Assembly: GCA_000252525.1 (NCBI GenBank)
Contig: JH611156.1
Coordinates: 433,503 to 497,502 of the forward strand
Origin: SAR86 cluster bacterium SAR86A
Lineage (GTDB): Bacteria; Pseudomonadota; Gammaproteobacteria; Magnimaribacterales; D2472
DNA: 64,000 nucleotides
Direction of reading: 5' to 3'
Shown here: piece after piece, positions 40,113-49,856 of the stretch
Numbering within the stretch: the stretch's first letter is position 1
Layout of the letters: every line of letters starts with the position of its first letter
Translations under genes and position numbers: made by a program
Notes under the pieces: generated by a model
Seen by the model: only the letters and a program-made list of their open reading frames with translations
Database searches by the model: none
Told to the model about the DNA's origin: nothing

Positions 40113-41615
40113 TTAAACAATTGGTTTAGGTAATCTTGGAAGTTCAATATTAGCTACTTTTTTAACTAATCCAAGTACCTGTTTTGAATAGCCATATTCG
40201 TTATCATACCAACAATATAGAGTTATGCTTTTATTTGATGCAATTGTCGCTTGTGAGTCAATTACTGAAGCAAAAGGGCTAGAATAAAAATCAGTTGATA
40301 CAATTTCTGATGAATTTACATACCCGATTATTTCTCTATATTGTGAATGAAATGCTACAGTTCTGAGGTAGTTATTAACATCAGTTACGCTTACCTCTTT
40401 ATTAAGTTGAAGTGATAGTATTGCTAAACTTACATTTGGAGTAGGTACTCTTATGGCATTACCAGTCAATTTACCTTCAAGTTCAGGCAACGCTTTTGCA
40501 ACAGCTTTAACAGCTCCTGTTGTAGTAATCACCATATTCAGAGGAGCGCCACGACCTCTTCTGTCACCTTTATGAAAGTTATCTATAAGATTCTGATCAT
40601 TTGTATAAGCATGAACTGTTTCAATATGTCCACCTTCAATTGAGTATTCATCATTTATGGCATTTAAAACAGGCACAATTGCATTAGTTGTGCATGAAGC
40701 TGCAGATATAATGGCATCATTATCATTTAAAATATCATCGTTGATTCCAAAAACAATATTTTTAATATCACCTTTTGCAGGTGCTGTTAATATAACTTTG
40801 CTAGCTCCAGATTTTAAGTGTTTTGAAAGACTGTCCTCATCTCTCCATACACCTGTGTTATCAATAACAATTGGATCAATAATGTTGTGATCTGCATATT
40901 TAACTTCATCTGGGCTTGAAGCATAAATTACTTTTATTGCGTTTCCATTTACAACTAATGATGTATTTTCTTCATCAACCCTAACTGTTCCGTCAAAAGG
41001 TCCATGAACAGAATCTCGAGAAAGTAGACTTGCTCTTTTGAAAATATCATCATCAGAAGCTTTTCTAATTACAATAGCTTTAATTCTAAAGTAGTTACCT
41101 GGACCAGTAGTTTGCGTCATCATTCTTGCCAAAAGTCTTCCAATCCTTCCAAAACCATAAAGAACTATTGACTTTGGTTCGTCTGGTCTAACAGTTTCTA
41201 CATCTATTACAGATTCAAGCTCTTTATTCAAATAATCTTTAATTTTTGATTGATCTTCTTTAATCTCATCAAAAAAAGGACACTTAACTGCAATTTCGCC
41301 TATATCAATTTCACAATCATGAAGATTTAGTGTACTTATGTACTCTATCATTGGATAAGTTTCAAATTCACTTAATTCATTATTATCAGACTGTCTTGCA
41401 AACCTATGTGCTTTCATTATTGCAACTGGAGACTCATTCACTAGAGATTTTCCATAAATCATGAGATTAACTCCATCTCTATACAATGAACCAATTAATG
41501 GAACCATTAATTCTGCAAGCGCTTCTCTCCATTTCCAATCACCAAATGAATCTTCGGGTAAGATTCTTTTCTGACGCTCTGTGGATTGAAAATTTATATC
41601 CCTCTCGTCTCCCAT
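40113..41615 (-). CDS. gap: glyceraldehyde-3-phosphate dehydrogenase, long form with ~148-aa N-terminal extension
   Basis: Rossmann start VLYGFGRIGR at about residue 150 and active site SAASCTTNAIVP. The position between mfd-side genes and nqrA matches the Pseudomonas-type long Gap. Confidence 0.85.
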   Translation of the reverse strand: MGDERDINFQSTERQKRILPEDSFGDWKWREALAELMVPLIGSLYRDGVNLMIYGKSLVNESPVAIMKAHRFARQSDNNELSEFETYPMIEYISTLNLHDCEIDIGEIAVKCPFFDEIKEDQSKIKDYLNKELESVIDVETVRPDEPKSIVLYGFGRIGRLLARMMTQTTGPGNYFRIKAIVIRKASDDDIFKRASLLSRDSVHGPFDGTVRVDEENTSLVVNGNAIKVIYASSPDEVKYADHNIIDPIVIDNTGVWRDEDSLSKHLKSGASKVILTAPAKGDIKNIVFGINDDILNDNDAIISAASCTTNAIVPVLNAINDEYSIEGGHIETVHAYTNDQNLIDNFHKGDRRGRGAPLNMVITTTGAVKAVAKALPELEGKLTGNAIRVPTPNVSLAILSLQLNKEVSVTDVNNYLRTVAFHSQYREIIGYVNSSEIVSTDFYSSPFASVIDSQATIASNKSITLYCWYDNEYGYSKQVLGLVKKVANIELPRLPKPIV

Positions 41616-41657
41616 ACTTTAATTATAAATGTTTTTATTAAATACCTAAAAGAGAAA

Positions 41658-42749
41658 TCAGGACATTTTCTTAAGATGATAATCAGCATTTCCAAAAAGG
41701 GCATCAATGGATATCATTTTTTTGAGGTAATGACCTATCATCATTTCTTCACTTACACCCATGCCGCCATGAAGTTGGACTGCTTCTTTTGCTGAAAGCT
41801 TACCAGATTTACCAATATATGACTTGAGTGCAGATACATGTTTAAACATATCATCTGAATTGTTGTTAACTTCAAGCATAGCTTTAATTAGAAGTGATTT
41901 TGCTAACTCGGACTCAATAAACATATCTACCATTCTATGTTGTAATACTTGAAAATTAGATATAGGTTGTCCAAACTGTTCTCTTCCTTTTGTGTATTCT
42001 AATGTTTTTAAGTAACAAGATTCCATACAACCCACAGCTTCAGCACTTACACATAAAGTCGCAAGATTAATTGATTCATCTATAAGTCTTTTTGCTTCAT
42101 CTGCGGTTGCAATTATATTTAATGAATCTAGTTGAACATTTTCAAATGATATTTCTGAGCATGACTGGCCGTCGATTGTTGAAAAAGAATTAATAGATAC
42201 CCCTTTTGTATTTGAATCAAGTATAACTAAAGTTAGTTCATCCCCTTTTGAACATGAAACTATTAATTTTTGTGCATTAGCACCATTTAAAACAAGAGTT
42301 TTAGTTCCATTTAAACAGTTACCAGAATCAAGTGTTGTATTCGGTGATGAATAATCATAGCTTTTATTAACTTCTGCATATGCAAATGAGACATGCATTT
42401 CTCCAGAGCATATCTGTTCAATTATTTGATTTTTAGATTCATAGGATGATTTATCCAAAATTGATCCAGAAAGAACCACAGTAGCTAGATACGGCTCTAT
42501 TACTAGTGACTTACCAAATTCTTCAAATAATATTGATAGTTCAATTGCACCAAAGCCAAGTCCACCAGCATCTTCTGAAAAAGGCATAGATAACCAGCCT
42601 TGTTCAGCAAAAAGTTTCCATACATTTGGATCAAAATCACTATCAGATTTGACTATATCTTCTCTTTTATAGAAGTCATATTCAGATTCGCAAAACTTTT
42701 GGATTTGCTCGCGAAGCATTGTTTGTTCTTCGCTATAATTTAGATTCAT
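41658..42749 (-). CDS. acyl-CoA dehydrogenase family protein, putative non-FAD (beta/small) subunit
   Basis: ACAD fold with GREQFGQPISNFQ. The FAD-contact motif reads GTKTLVLNG, lacking the usual W and T/S. The C-terminal ALFGNADYHL lacks the MCAD-position Glu. Confidence 0.7.
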   Translation of the reverse strand: MNLNYSEEQTMLREQIQKFCESEYDFYKREDIVKSDSDFDPNVWKLFAEQGWLSMPFSEDAGGLGFGAIELSILFEEFGKSLVIEPYLATVVLSGSILDKSSYESKNQIIEQICSGEMHVSFAYAEVNKSYDYSSPNTTLDSGNCLNGTKTLVLNGANAQKLIVSCSKGDELTLVILDSNTKGVSINSFSTIDGQSCSEISFENVQLDSLNIIATADEAKRLIDESINLATLCVSAEAVGCMESCYLKTLEYTKGREQFGQPISNFQVLQHRMVDMFIESELAKSLLIKAMLEVNNNSDDMFKHVSALKSYIGKSGKLSAKEAVQLHGGMGVSEEMMIGHYLKKMISIDALFGNADYHLKKMS

Positions 42750-42752
42750 TTT

Positions 42753-43922
42753 TTATACGCCTAGTACAAATTTCGATAATATATTTTTTTGTATTTCGTT
42801 ACTTCCGCCGTATATTGATGTTTTTCTTAAATTGAGAAATCCAGATAAACCCTCAGCAGCATATTCTGGTCCAGCTGGCTTATCATTACTCTCATATCCA
42901 TGAGGCCCTGGATACATTAATGCATACTCTCCAGCAGCTTCTACAAATAACTCAGATAAGTTTTGTTGCATCTCAGTGCCTTTTATTTTAAGAATTGAAG
43001 ATTCTGCACCGGGGTGTCCTCCGTTTTCTAGTGCTGATAAAAGCCTTAGTTCCGTTATTTCAATTGCAGATAATGCAACCTCTAGTTCATTTACTTTTTT
43101 CTGCAATTCAGAATTATCTAATTTTGAGATAATCCCTTTAAGTCTATTTAACTGTCTCATTGAGGCGCCAACGCCTGCGATACCAAATCTTTCATGAGCT
43201 AACAGAAATTTAGCGTATGTCCATCCTTTACCTTCTTCACCAACAAGATTTTCTACAGGCACCTTAACATCAGTAAAGAAAACAGAGTTAACTTCATGTT
43301 CTCCATCAATCGTTATGATAGGTTTAACCTCTATACCAGGAGTTTTCATGTCTATTAATAGGAATGAAATACCCTCTTGTTTAATTCCGCTATTATCAGT
43401 TCTAACAAGACAAAATATCCAATCTGCATTTTGAGCAAGAGTTGTCCATGTTTTAGCGCCATTAACTATGTAATGATCACCCTCTAATACAGCTTTCGTT
43501 TTTAATGATGCTAGATCAGAGCCTGATCCAGGTTCGGAATAACCCTGACACCACCATGTATCAAAATTAAGAATATCTGGCAAAAACTTTTTCTTTTGTT
43601 CTTCATTTCCGAAAGTCCAGATTACTGGAGCAACCATGCTAACTCCAAATGCAAGTAAAGGTGGGCAACCAGCTAAGCCAAACTCTTTATTAAAAATATA
43701 TAGTTGAGTAGATGACCACCCTGTTCCACCATGTTCTTCAGGCCAGTTGTAACCCATCCAACCTTTTTTTGAAAGAGCTTTGTGATAGTCGACCATGTCT
43801 TGCCTAGTTAAGGCAATACCATTATCAGTTTTTTCTTTAACATGCTTAGGATAATCATTAGCTAGCCATTCTCTAACCTCATCTCTAAAAGCAATATCTT
43901 CTTTTGTAAAGTTTATATCCAT
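42753..43922 (-). CDS. acyl-CoA dehydrogenase family protein, putative catalytic (alpha/large) subunit
   Basis: GAKTWTT FAD motif. Glu at the IVD/LCAD-type position (LLAHERFG). C-terminal IYGGSNEIQ replaces YEGT. Lies 3 nt upstream of its partner. Confidence 0.75.
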   Translation of the reverse strand: MDINFTKEDIAFRDEVREWLANDYPKHVKEKTDNGIALTRQDMVDYHKALSKKGWMGYNWPEEHGGTGWSSTQLYIFNKEFGLAGCPPLLAFGVSMVAPVIWTFGNEEQKKKFLPDILNFDTWWCQGYSEPGSGSDLASLKTKAVLEGDHYIVNGAKTWTTLAQNADWIFCLVRTDNSGIKQEGISFLLIDMKTPGIEVKPIITIDGEHEVNSVFFTDVKVPVENLVGEEGKGWTYAKFLLAHERFGIAGVGASMRQLNRLKGIISKLDNSELQKKVNELEVALSAIEITELRLLSALENGGHPGAESSILKIKGTEMQQNLSELFVEAAGEYALMYPGPHGYESNDKPAGPEYAAEGLSGFLNLRKTSIYGGSNEIQKNILSKFVLGV

Positions 43923-43981
43923 AATTTTCTTTTAAAATATAATTTGATTGATAGAATAAGTGCCTCATTATACACAACAAT

Positions 43982-46900
43982 ATGTTCAAAAATAAATACA
44001 ATAAGTATCAAAATTTGATATATGAAATATTCGAACAATTTCAAATTTCTGATCAATCTATATGTTTAATTACAAAAAATAATCAGGAATCAATCTATAT
44101 TTACAATGGACTTAAATATTTTTTTGACGAAGATAGCTTAAAACTCTTTCCTGAGACTGAAGTTCTACCATATGATCATTTCTCTAGTCCAGAAAGGATT
44201 ATTCAAAATAGATTTCAAATTATTAATGAAGCATATTCATCAAAGAATATCTTAATTACTTCTATAAAGAATATTTTTGAAAGATATCCCGAAATTGAGT
44301 ATTTCAAATCATTTGAGACCTTTAAGTTGGGACATAAAATTTCAGTTTTTAATTTAGTTAAAGTAATAGAATCTTTAGATTATGTTAAGAAAACTAATGT
44401 TGAGGTTATTAATGATTATGCAGTAAGAGGTGGAATTGTAGATATATTTTCACCAATGTATGAAAATCCATTAAGAATTGAAATTTTTGACGATACTATT
44501 GAATCTATAAGATTCTTTGATTCGGAAACACAACTTTCAATTGAAAACATTGATAAATTTTTTCTATCAAAAGGATCTTTATTTAGTTTAAATGAACAAA
44601 AAATATTAACGTTTATATCCAGATGGAGAAATTATTTTATAAATGATGATGAAAGATATTGTGATATTTTTCAAAAAATAAAAAATGGCAATATTCCAGA
44701 AGGTATTGAAATTTATCTACCACTTTTATTTAAAAATACAGTCAATTTTTTTGAATTGTTTAATCATCATGACATATATTCATCATTGAATTTATTTCAT
44801 GAGATAGACATATATGATGAGTTTATTAAGCAACGATTCAATGATGAAAATATTGATCATAAAAGACCCTTATTAAAACCAGATAAACTTTATATAGAAA
44901 AAGACGAATTACAGCAAATACTGAAGAATGTTAAAAATATTAATATAAAAGAAATTAATCTTCAGCCCGAGAATTTTGATGATTTAATTAATCTTATTAA
45001 CAAAAATAGTTTTAAAGAAAATCTCCTTATCGTCACATCTTTTGCAGATCAGATAGAGGAACTATGTAAAAAAATTCACCATAAAACGCAAATAATTTCA
45101 GATTTCTCAGAACATAACAATGGAATCTCATTAATGTATGGCGAGCCAGTAACTCCATTTTTTGATGAGAGAAATAATACCTATATCTTTCATAAAGAAG
45201 TTATTGATAAAGATTATTCATTTACATCATCAGTGAAAAAAGATGATATGAATATAATTAAAAATAATGATTTCTCACTTTTTAAAGAAAATGATTATGT
45301 AATTCATGAAAATTATGGATTAGGAATTTATAGTGGTCTAGAAACTGTTGATGCTAATAATACTAGCAATGAATACATTAAAATTATTTATGCAGATAAT
45401 GAAAATCTATACGTTCCTCTCTCAAATATAAATAAAATCACTTCGTATCATAAAAAAAATATTGATAAAGGTATTGCTTTAGATTCACTTTCTTCAACTA
45501 AATGGAAACAAAAAAAAGATCGAGCTATTAAGAGATCTATTGATCATGCAGCAGAAATTTTAGATATCGAATCAAGAAGACAAAAATCATCATCTTTTTC
45601 ACTAAGAATAGATGATAAATCTCTACAGGAATTTAATGACGAATTTCCCTTTACTGAAACACATGATCAAGTTGTTTCATTTAATTCTATTCAAAAAGAT
45701 TTAAGTTTAATTAAACCAATGAATAGAGTCCTTTGTGGAGATGTAGGTTTTGGTAAAACCGAAGTAGCAATGAGAGCTGCATATATTAGTGCTTTTTCAG
45801 GAAAACAAGTTGTTTTAATTGTGCCAAGCACAATTTTGTGTGATCAACACTTTAATTCTTTTGTTAAAAGATTTATGAATTTTCCAGTATCAATAAAAAA
45901 ACTTAACAGACATACCACTCTTAAAAATAAAAAAGAAATTATTAATGATTTCAATAACCATAAAATAGATATTCTTATAACAACACATATTATTTTTAAT
46001 AATGAAGTGGAGTTTCAACAAACGGGTCTTTTAATAATCGATGAAGAACATAAATTTGGCATAAAACAAAAAAACTTTATCAAAGATAAACAAAGTAATA
46101 TCCATATCCTCTATTTATCTGCTACCCCAATTCCAAGAACTATGAATATGGTATATGCAGGTTTAAAAGATTTTTCTTTTCTTCAAACACCGCCATCGAA
46201 TAGATTAAACATTAAATCTTTTTTAAAAACTCATACAAGTCAACTATTAAAAGAAGCATTGGTGAGAGAAAAGTCACGTAATGGACAATGTTTTATTGTT
46301 CAAAATGATATAAATAAAATGGAAAACTTAAAAAATGAAATTAACCAATTGCTACCAGAATTTAGAATCGGTATTGCGCATGGAAAATTAAAAAAAGCAG
46401 ATATTCAGAAAGTTATGTCATCTTTTCATGCCGGTAATCTTGATGGATTAATTTGTACAACAATAGTAGAAATGGGTTTAGATATACCTAATGCAAATAC
46501 AATGATTGTAATTAATTCACAAAATTTTGGTTTAGCTCAACTACATCAACTTAGAGGTAGAGTTGGAAGATCTGAAAGACAAGGATACTGTTATTATTTG
46601 GTACCAAACATGGATATACCTAAGTTATCAAAAGATAGATTAGCTTCTGTAATTAAAAATTCAAAACTTGGTGAGGGTTTCTTAATAGCTCAAGAGGACC
46701 TAGAAATAAGAGGTGGAGGAGAAATGCTAGGAGATAAGCAAAGTGGACATGTTGAAAATGTTGGTATGAGCTTGTATTTATCAATGCTTAAATCCGCATT
46801 AGATAACACACAAGAAAGCACCACAATCAATGATATAGAAATTAATTTTTATGATTCAGCTTATATTGATAATAATTATTTGCCATCAGCCATTGAAAGA

Positions 46901-47266
46901 TTAAAGATTTATAGAAAAATTAATAAAATTAAATCTTCAGCCGATTTAATTGATATTAAAAATAACCTTATTGATAGATGCGGTAAAATGCCGCCAGAAA
47001 CAAAAAATATCATTGAAAACAAAAAGCTTGAAATTATTGCAAGAAGTATCGGTATCAAAAGTATAAAATCTAATAAATTAAATACATCTTTCCTCATCAC
47101 TTCTGATTTTAGCGAGAGCAAGTTTGACAAGTTAATTAGCCTAGTTAAATCTGACCCTCAAAAATTCGCTATTGATCAAGAAAATAAGTTTATTTATAAA
47201 TTGAATGAATTAGAATCTATAACTAGGAGACAAAAAGTTACAGATTTTCTTAATGCCCTTTTATAA
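43982..47266 (+). CDS. mfd: transcription-repair coupling factor Mfd
   Basis: 1094 aa. Walker A GDVGFGKTEVA, DExH IIDEEHKFG, helicase motif VI QLRGRVGRS, and an RNAP-interaction domain region. Confidence 0.95.
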   Translation: MFKNKYNKYQNLIYEIFEQFQISDQSICLITKNNQESIYIYNGLKYFFDEDSLKLFPETEVLPYDHFSSPERIIQNRFQIINEAYSSKNILITSIKNIFERYPEIEYFKSFETFKLGHKISVFNLVKVIESLDYVKKTNVEVINDYAVRGGIVDIFSPMYENPLRIEIFDDTIESIRFFDSETQLSIENIDKFFLSKGSLFSLNEQKILTFISRWRNYFINDDERYCDIFQKIKNGNIPEGIEIYLPLLFKNTVNFFELFNHHDIYSSLNLFHEIDIYDEFIKQRFNDENIDHKRPLLKPDKLYIEKDELQQILKNVKNINIKEINLQPENFDDLINLINKNSFKENLLIVTSFADQIEELCKKIHHKTQIISDFSEHNNGISLMYGEPVTPFFDERNNTYIFHKEVIDKDYSFTSSVKKDDMNIIKNNDFSLFKENDYVIHENYGLGIYSGLETVDANNTSNEYIKIIYADNENLYVPLSNINKITSYHKKNIDKGIALDSLSSTKWKQKKDRAIKRSIDHAAEILDIESRRQKSSSFSLRIDDKSLQEFNDEFPFTETHDQVVSFNSIQKDLSLIKPMNRVLCGDVGFGKTEVAMRAAYISAFSGKQVVLIVPSTILCDQHFNSFVKRFMNFPVSIKKLNRHTTLKNKKEIINDFNNHKIDILITTHIIFNNEVEFQQTGLLIIDEEHKFGIKQKNFIKDKQSNIHILYLSATPIPRTMNMVYAGLKDFSFLQTPPSNRLNIKSFLKTHTSQLLKEALVREKSRNGQCFIVQNDINKMENLKNEINQLLPEFRIGIAHGKLKKADIQKVMSSFHAGNLDGLICTTIVEMGLDIPNANTMIVINSQNFGLAQLHQLRGRVGRSERQGYCYYLVPNMDIPKLSKDRLASVIKNSKLGEGFLIAQEDLEIRGGGEMLGDKQSGHVENVGMSLYLSMLKSALDNTQESTTINDIEINFYDSAYIDNNYLPSAIERLKIYRKINKIKSSADLIDIKNNLIDRCGKMPPETKNIIENKKLEIIARSIGIKSIKSNKLNTSFLITSDFSESKFDKLISLVKSDPQKFAIDQENKFIYKLNELESITRRQKVTDFLNALL

Positions 47267-48104
47267 AATATTTTTTTTACTCATAGCATTTAGTAGCTTT
47301 ATTATTAATGCTAATGAAGAAAATAGTATTATTGATGAGTATAGAGTTGAAATCGTTATTTTTAAATTTAAAGAAGTATCAACAAGTGAAAATTTTGTTG
47401 AAGAACTGACCATACCTTCAAAATCAGTTATAACTCTAGTTGAGCCAAAGCTATATTTAAACGAGACAGCATTAAATAGCTTTCCCAAAAATGATTCTTT
47501 TTTTCAAAATTTGCTAAAAAATCTAAAGCCAATTAATAATAATTCTTCTGAAAATTTATCTGACAAAAATAAGAATGTAGTAAACCCAAAAAATTGGTTT
47601 AGAAAAAATAATAAAGTTATATATCTTGATGATTATCAAAAAAAAATAATTAAAAGTAATGATGTTCAGTTTTTAGGATCATTCTCATGGGTTCAAGGTA
47701 TTGATGAATTAGATAGCAGTAAATTTGTTTTTCTAGAAAATAGTGATCAAGAATATGGTTATTTTTTAAAGCTTTATAAAAAAAGATTTATGCATATAGA
47801 CCTTAAAGCATATCTTGGAATTGTTAACGATCTTCAGCTTGAATCTACAAAAAAATATCGAAATGAATACGATGCATTGATTAAGAAGAACATAGTTGAT
47901 AGTAATGATATTGATTTACAAATATATTTACCAAACAAATCAGATAAAATTGAAATTAAAAATAATCAAACGAGTTCGAATGTAAAAAAAAGACCTTCAA
48001 GATTAGATAAATTTATCGATATAGAACAAAGGGTTTTTAATGAGGAAATTTATTTGTTTGACCACCCATACTTTGGGGTCTTGGTATCAATAATCAAAGT
48101 TTAA
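47253..48104 (+). CDS. secreted protein, possibly CsiV-family peptidoglycan-binding protein
   Basis: Signal peptide. YRVEIVIFKFKE near the N-terminus and a position directly after mfd (14-nt overlap) recall csiV in Vibrio. Family call is from memory. Confidence 0.4.
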   Translation: MPFYKIFFLLIAFSSFIINANEENSIIDEYRVEIVIFKFKEVSTSENFVEELTIPSKSVITLVEPKLYLNETALNSFPKNDSFFQNLLKNLKPINNNSSENLSDKNKNVVNPKNWFRKNNKVIYLDDYQKKIIKSNDVQFLGSFSWVQGIDELDSSKFVFLENSDQEYGYFLKLYKKRFMHIDLKAYLGIVNDLQLESTKKYRNEYDALIKKNIVDSNDIDLQIYLPNKSDKIEIKNNQTSSNVKKRPSRLDKFIDIEQRVFNEEIYLFDHPYFGVLVSIIKV

Positions 48105-48688
48105 TAATATGCGTTATCATCGATACTGTGATCGGTCATATCCTTAACGCCTGTGACTTCAGGTATCTGTTCAACCAATGTCTTTTCAATACCATCTTTA
48201 AGTGTAACATCTACCATTCCACAACCTTGACAACCCCCACCAAATTGAAGAACTGCTTCACCTTTGTCATTAAACTCGACTAGGGATACTTCACCGCCGT
48301 GAGATTCAAGCATAGGATTAATTTCATTATAAATAACATAATTAATTCTATCTTCTACAGGACTTTCTGGAGAGATATTAGGAAGTCTAGCATTAGGTGC
48401 TTTTATTGTTAGTTGACCACCAAAATTATCTTTATCAAAATTCACTTCAGCATCTTGTAAAAAAGGTAGACTTCTTTTTTCAAGATTAACATTAATTAAA
48501 TCTAAATTTAAAACCAAATCATCAGGCATTGCCTCATCTGGTTTACAATAAGCCAAACATGTTTCAGCCTTTGGAGTACCAGGATCAGAAATGAAAATTC
48601 TTATAGAAAGATCGGTTTCATTTTTATCTTGTATCAACTTGGCTAAATATTCCTCAGCTGATTTGGTTATTTTTATAATTTCACTCAT
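48101..48688 (-). CDS. nfuA: Fe-S biogenesis protein NfuA
   Basis: Degenerate A-type N-domain plus a Nfu C-domain with GGGCQGCGMVDVTLK. Confidence 0.9.
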   Translation of the reverse strand: MSEIIKITKSAEEYLAKLIQDKNETDLSIRIFISDPGTPKAETCLAYCKPDEAMPDDLVLNLDLINVNLEKRSLPFLQDAEVNFDKDNFGGQLTIKAPNARLPNISPESPVEDRINYVIYNEINPMLESHGGEVSLVEFNDKGEAVLQFGGGCQGCGMVDVTLKDGIEKTLVEQIPEVTGVKDMTDHSIDDNAYY

Positions 48689-48693
48689 AACTT

Positions 48694-48858
48694 ATGTGGT
48701 TTAAAAGAATTATAAATTCTTTTTTTGGAATTAGAAAAAAAAATGATCTTGAAAACGATCTTAAAAATGTAAATTTATTTAAATTAATTATTCTGTTTAT
48801 TGCACTAAATATTTTCTTTATATCATTTGTCCTAACAATAACTAGAATATTTCTATGA
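48694..48858 (+). CDS. hypothetical 54-aa membrane micro-protein (not in ORF track)
   Basis: Hand translation is MWFKRIINSFFGIRKKNDLENDLKNVNLFKLIILFIALNIFFISFVLTITRIFL. It fills the nfuA-trmA spacer, and its TGA overlaps the trmA ATG (ATGA). No SD is evident upstream. Confidence 0.35.
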   Translation: MWFKRIINSFFGIRKKNDLENDLKNVNLFKLIILFIALNIFFISFVLTITRIFL

Positions 48859-49856
48859 ATAAGTTTGAAAAATTTAATAACGAAATAAAAACGTATTTCA
48901 GATCTGAAGTTGTAACAAACTTAAGCCCATCAACTTCTCACAGAAGTAGATGTGAATTTTCATATTACGATAACCATTATGCTATGCATGGCCCTAATAA
49001 AAAATTACTACTTAAAAGTTTTCCCTCGGCTGCGAGTTGCATAAAAAAAGTAATGCCTCGTTTGATAAAAGAAATTAATAATTCTTCTGAGTTAAACGAA
49101 AGATTATTTCAAATCAATTTTAGATCTAATAAAGATAATAAAGTAATGGTAACGCTTATTTACCATAAGAAGATTAATGAAAGTCTAATCGCTCTTATTA
49201 ATAACCTTTCAAAAAAATATGATCTTTTATTAATAGCAAGATCAAAAAATTTTGTATATTCAACTAATCAAATGTATTTAGATAATTTAATTGATGGTTA
49301 TATAAATTATCAAACAGATAACTGTTTTTATCAGCCCAATAAATTCTTACTAGAAATGATGATAGAAAAAGTTTCAGAAATGGTGATAAACCCAAAGGAT
49401 TTGCTTGAAATTTATTGTGGCGTAGGAACTTTTACCCTTTCGCTATCCAAAATTTTTTCAAAAGTTTTTGCAACAGAAAATAATAGAAGTGCTATTAAAT
49501 GTCTTAAAAAAGCAATGAATGAAAATCAAATACATAATATTATGCATGCTCGATTATCAGCAGAAGAAGTCTGTGATGCTTTTCATGGCAAAAAATTCTT
49601 TAGATTAAACGAAATTGATATTAATAGCTTAGACATATCACACGTTCTAGTTGATCCACCAAGATCAGGGTTAACTTATGAGGTCATTGATCTTATCAAA
49701 AATTTTAAAAATATTATTTATATTTCATGTAACCCAGAAACATATTTACGAGATATTAAAAAATTAAAAAATCATAAATTAAAAAATGTGGAAATTTTTG
49801 ATCAGTTTCCAAATACAGAGCATTTAGAAATAGTATCTCTTTTAGAAGCTAGTTAA
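48855..49856 (+). CDS. trmA: tRNA (uracil54-C5)-methyltransferase TrmA
   Basis: SAM fold CGVGTFTL, VDPPRSG, and catalytic-Cys motif YISCNPETYLRD. Confidence 0.88.
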   Translation: MNKFEKFNNEIKTYFRSEVVTNLSPSTSHRSRCEFSYYDNHYAMHGPNKKLLLKSFPSAASCIKKVMPRLIKEINNSSELNERLFQINFRSNKDNKVMVTLIYHKKINESLIALINNLSKKYDLLLIARSKNFVYSTNQMYLDNLIDGYINYQTDNCFYQPNKFLLEMMIEKVSEMVINPKDLLEIYCGVGTFTLSLSKIFSKVFATENNRSAIKCLKKAMNENQIHNIMHARLSAEEVCDAFHGKKFFRLNEIDINSLDISHVLVDPPRSGLTYEVIDLIKNFKNIIYISCNPETYLRDIKKLKNHKLKNVEIFDQFPNTEHLEIVSLLEAS

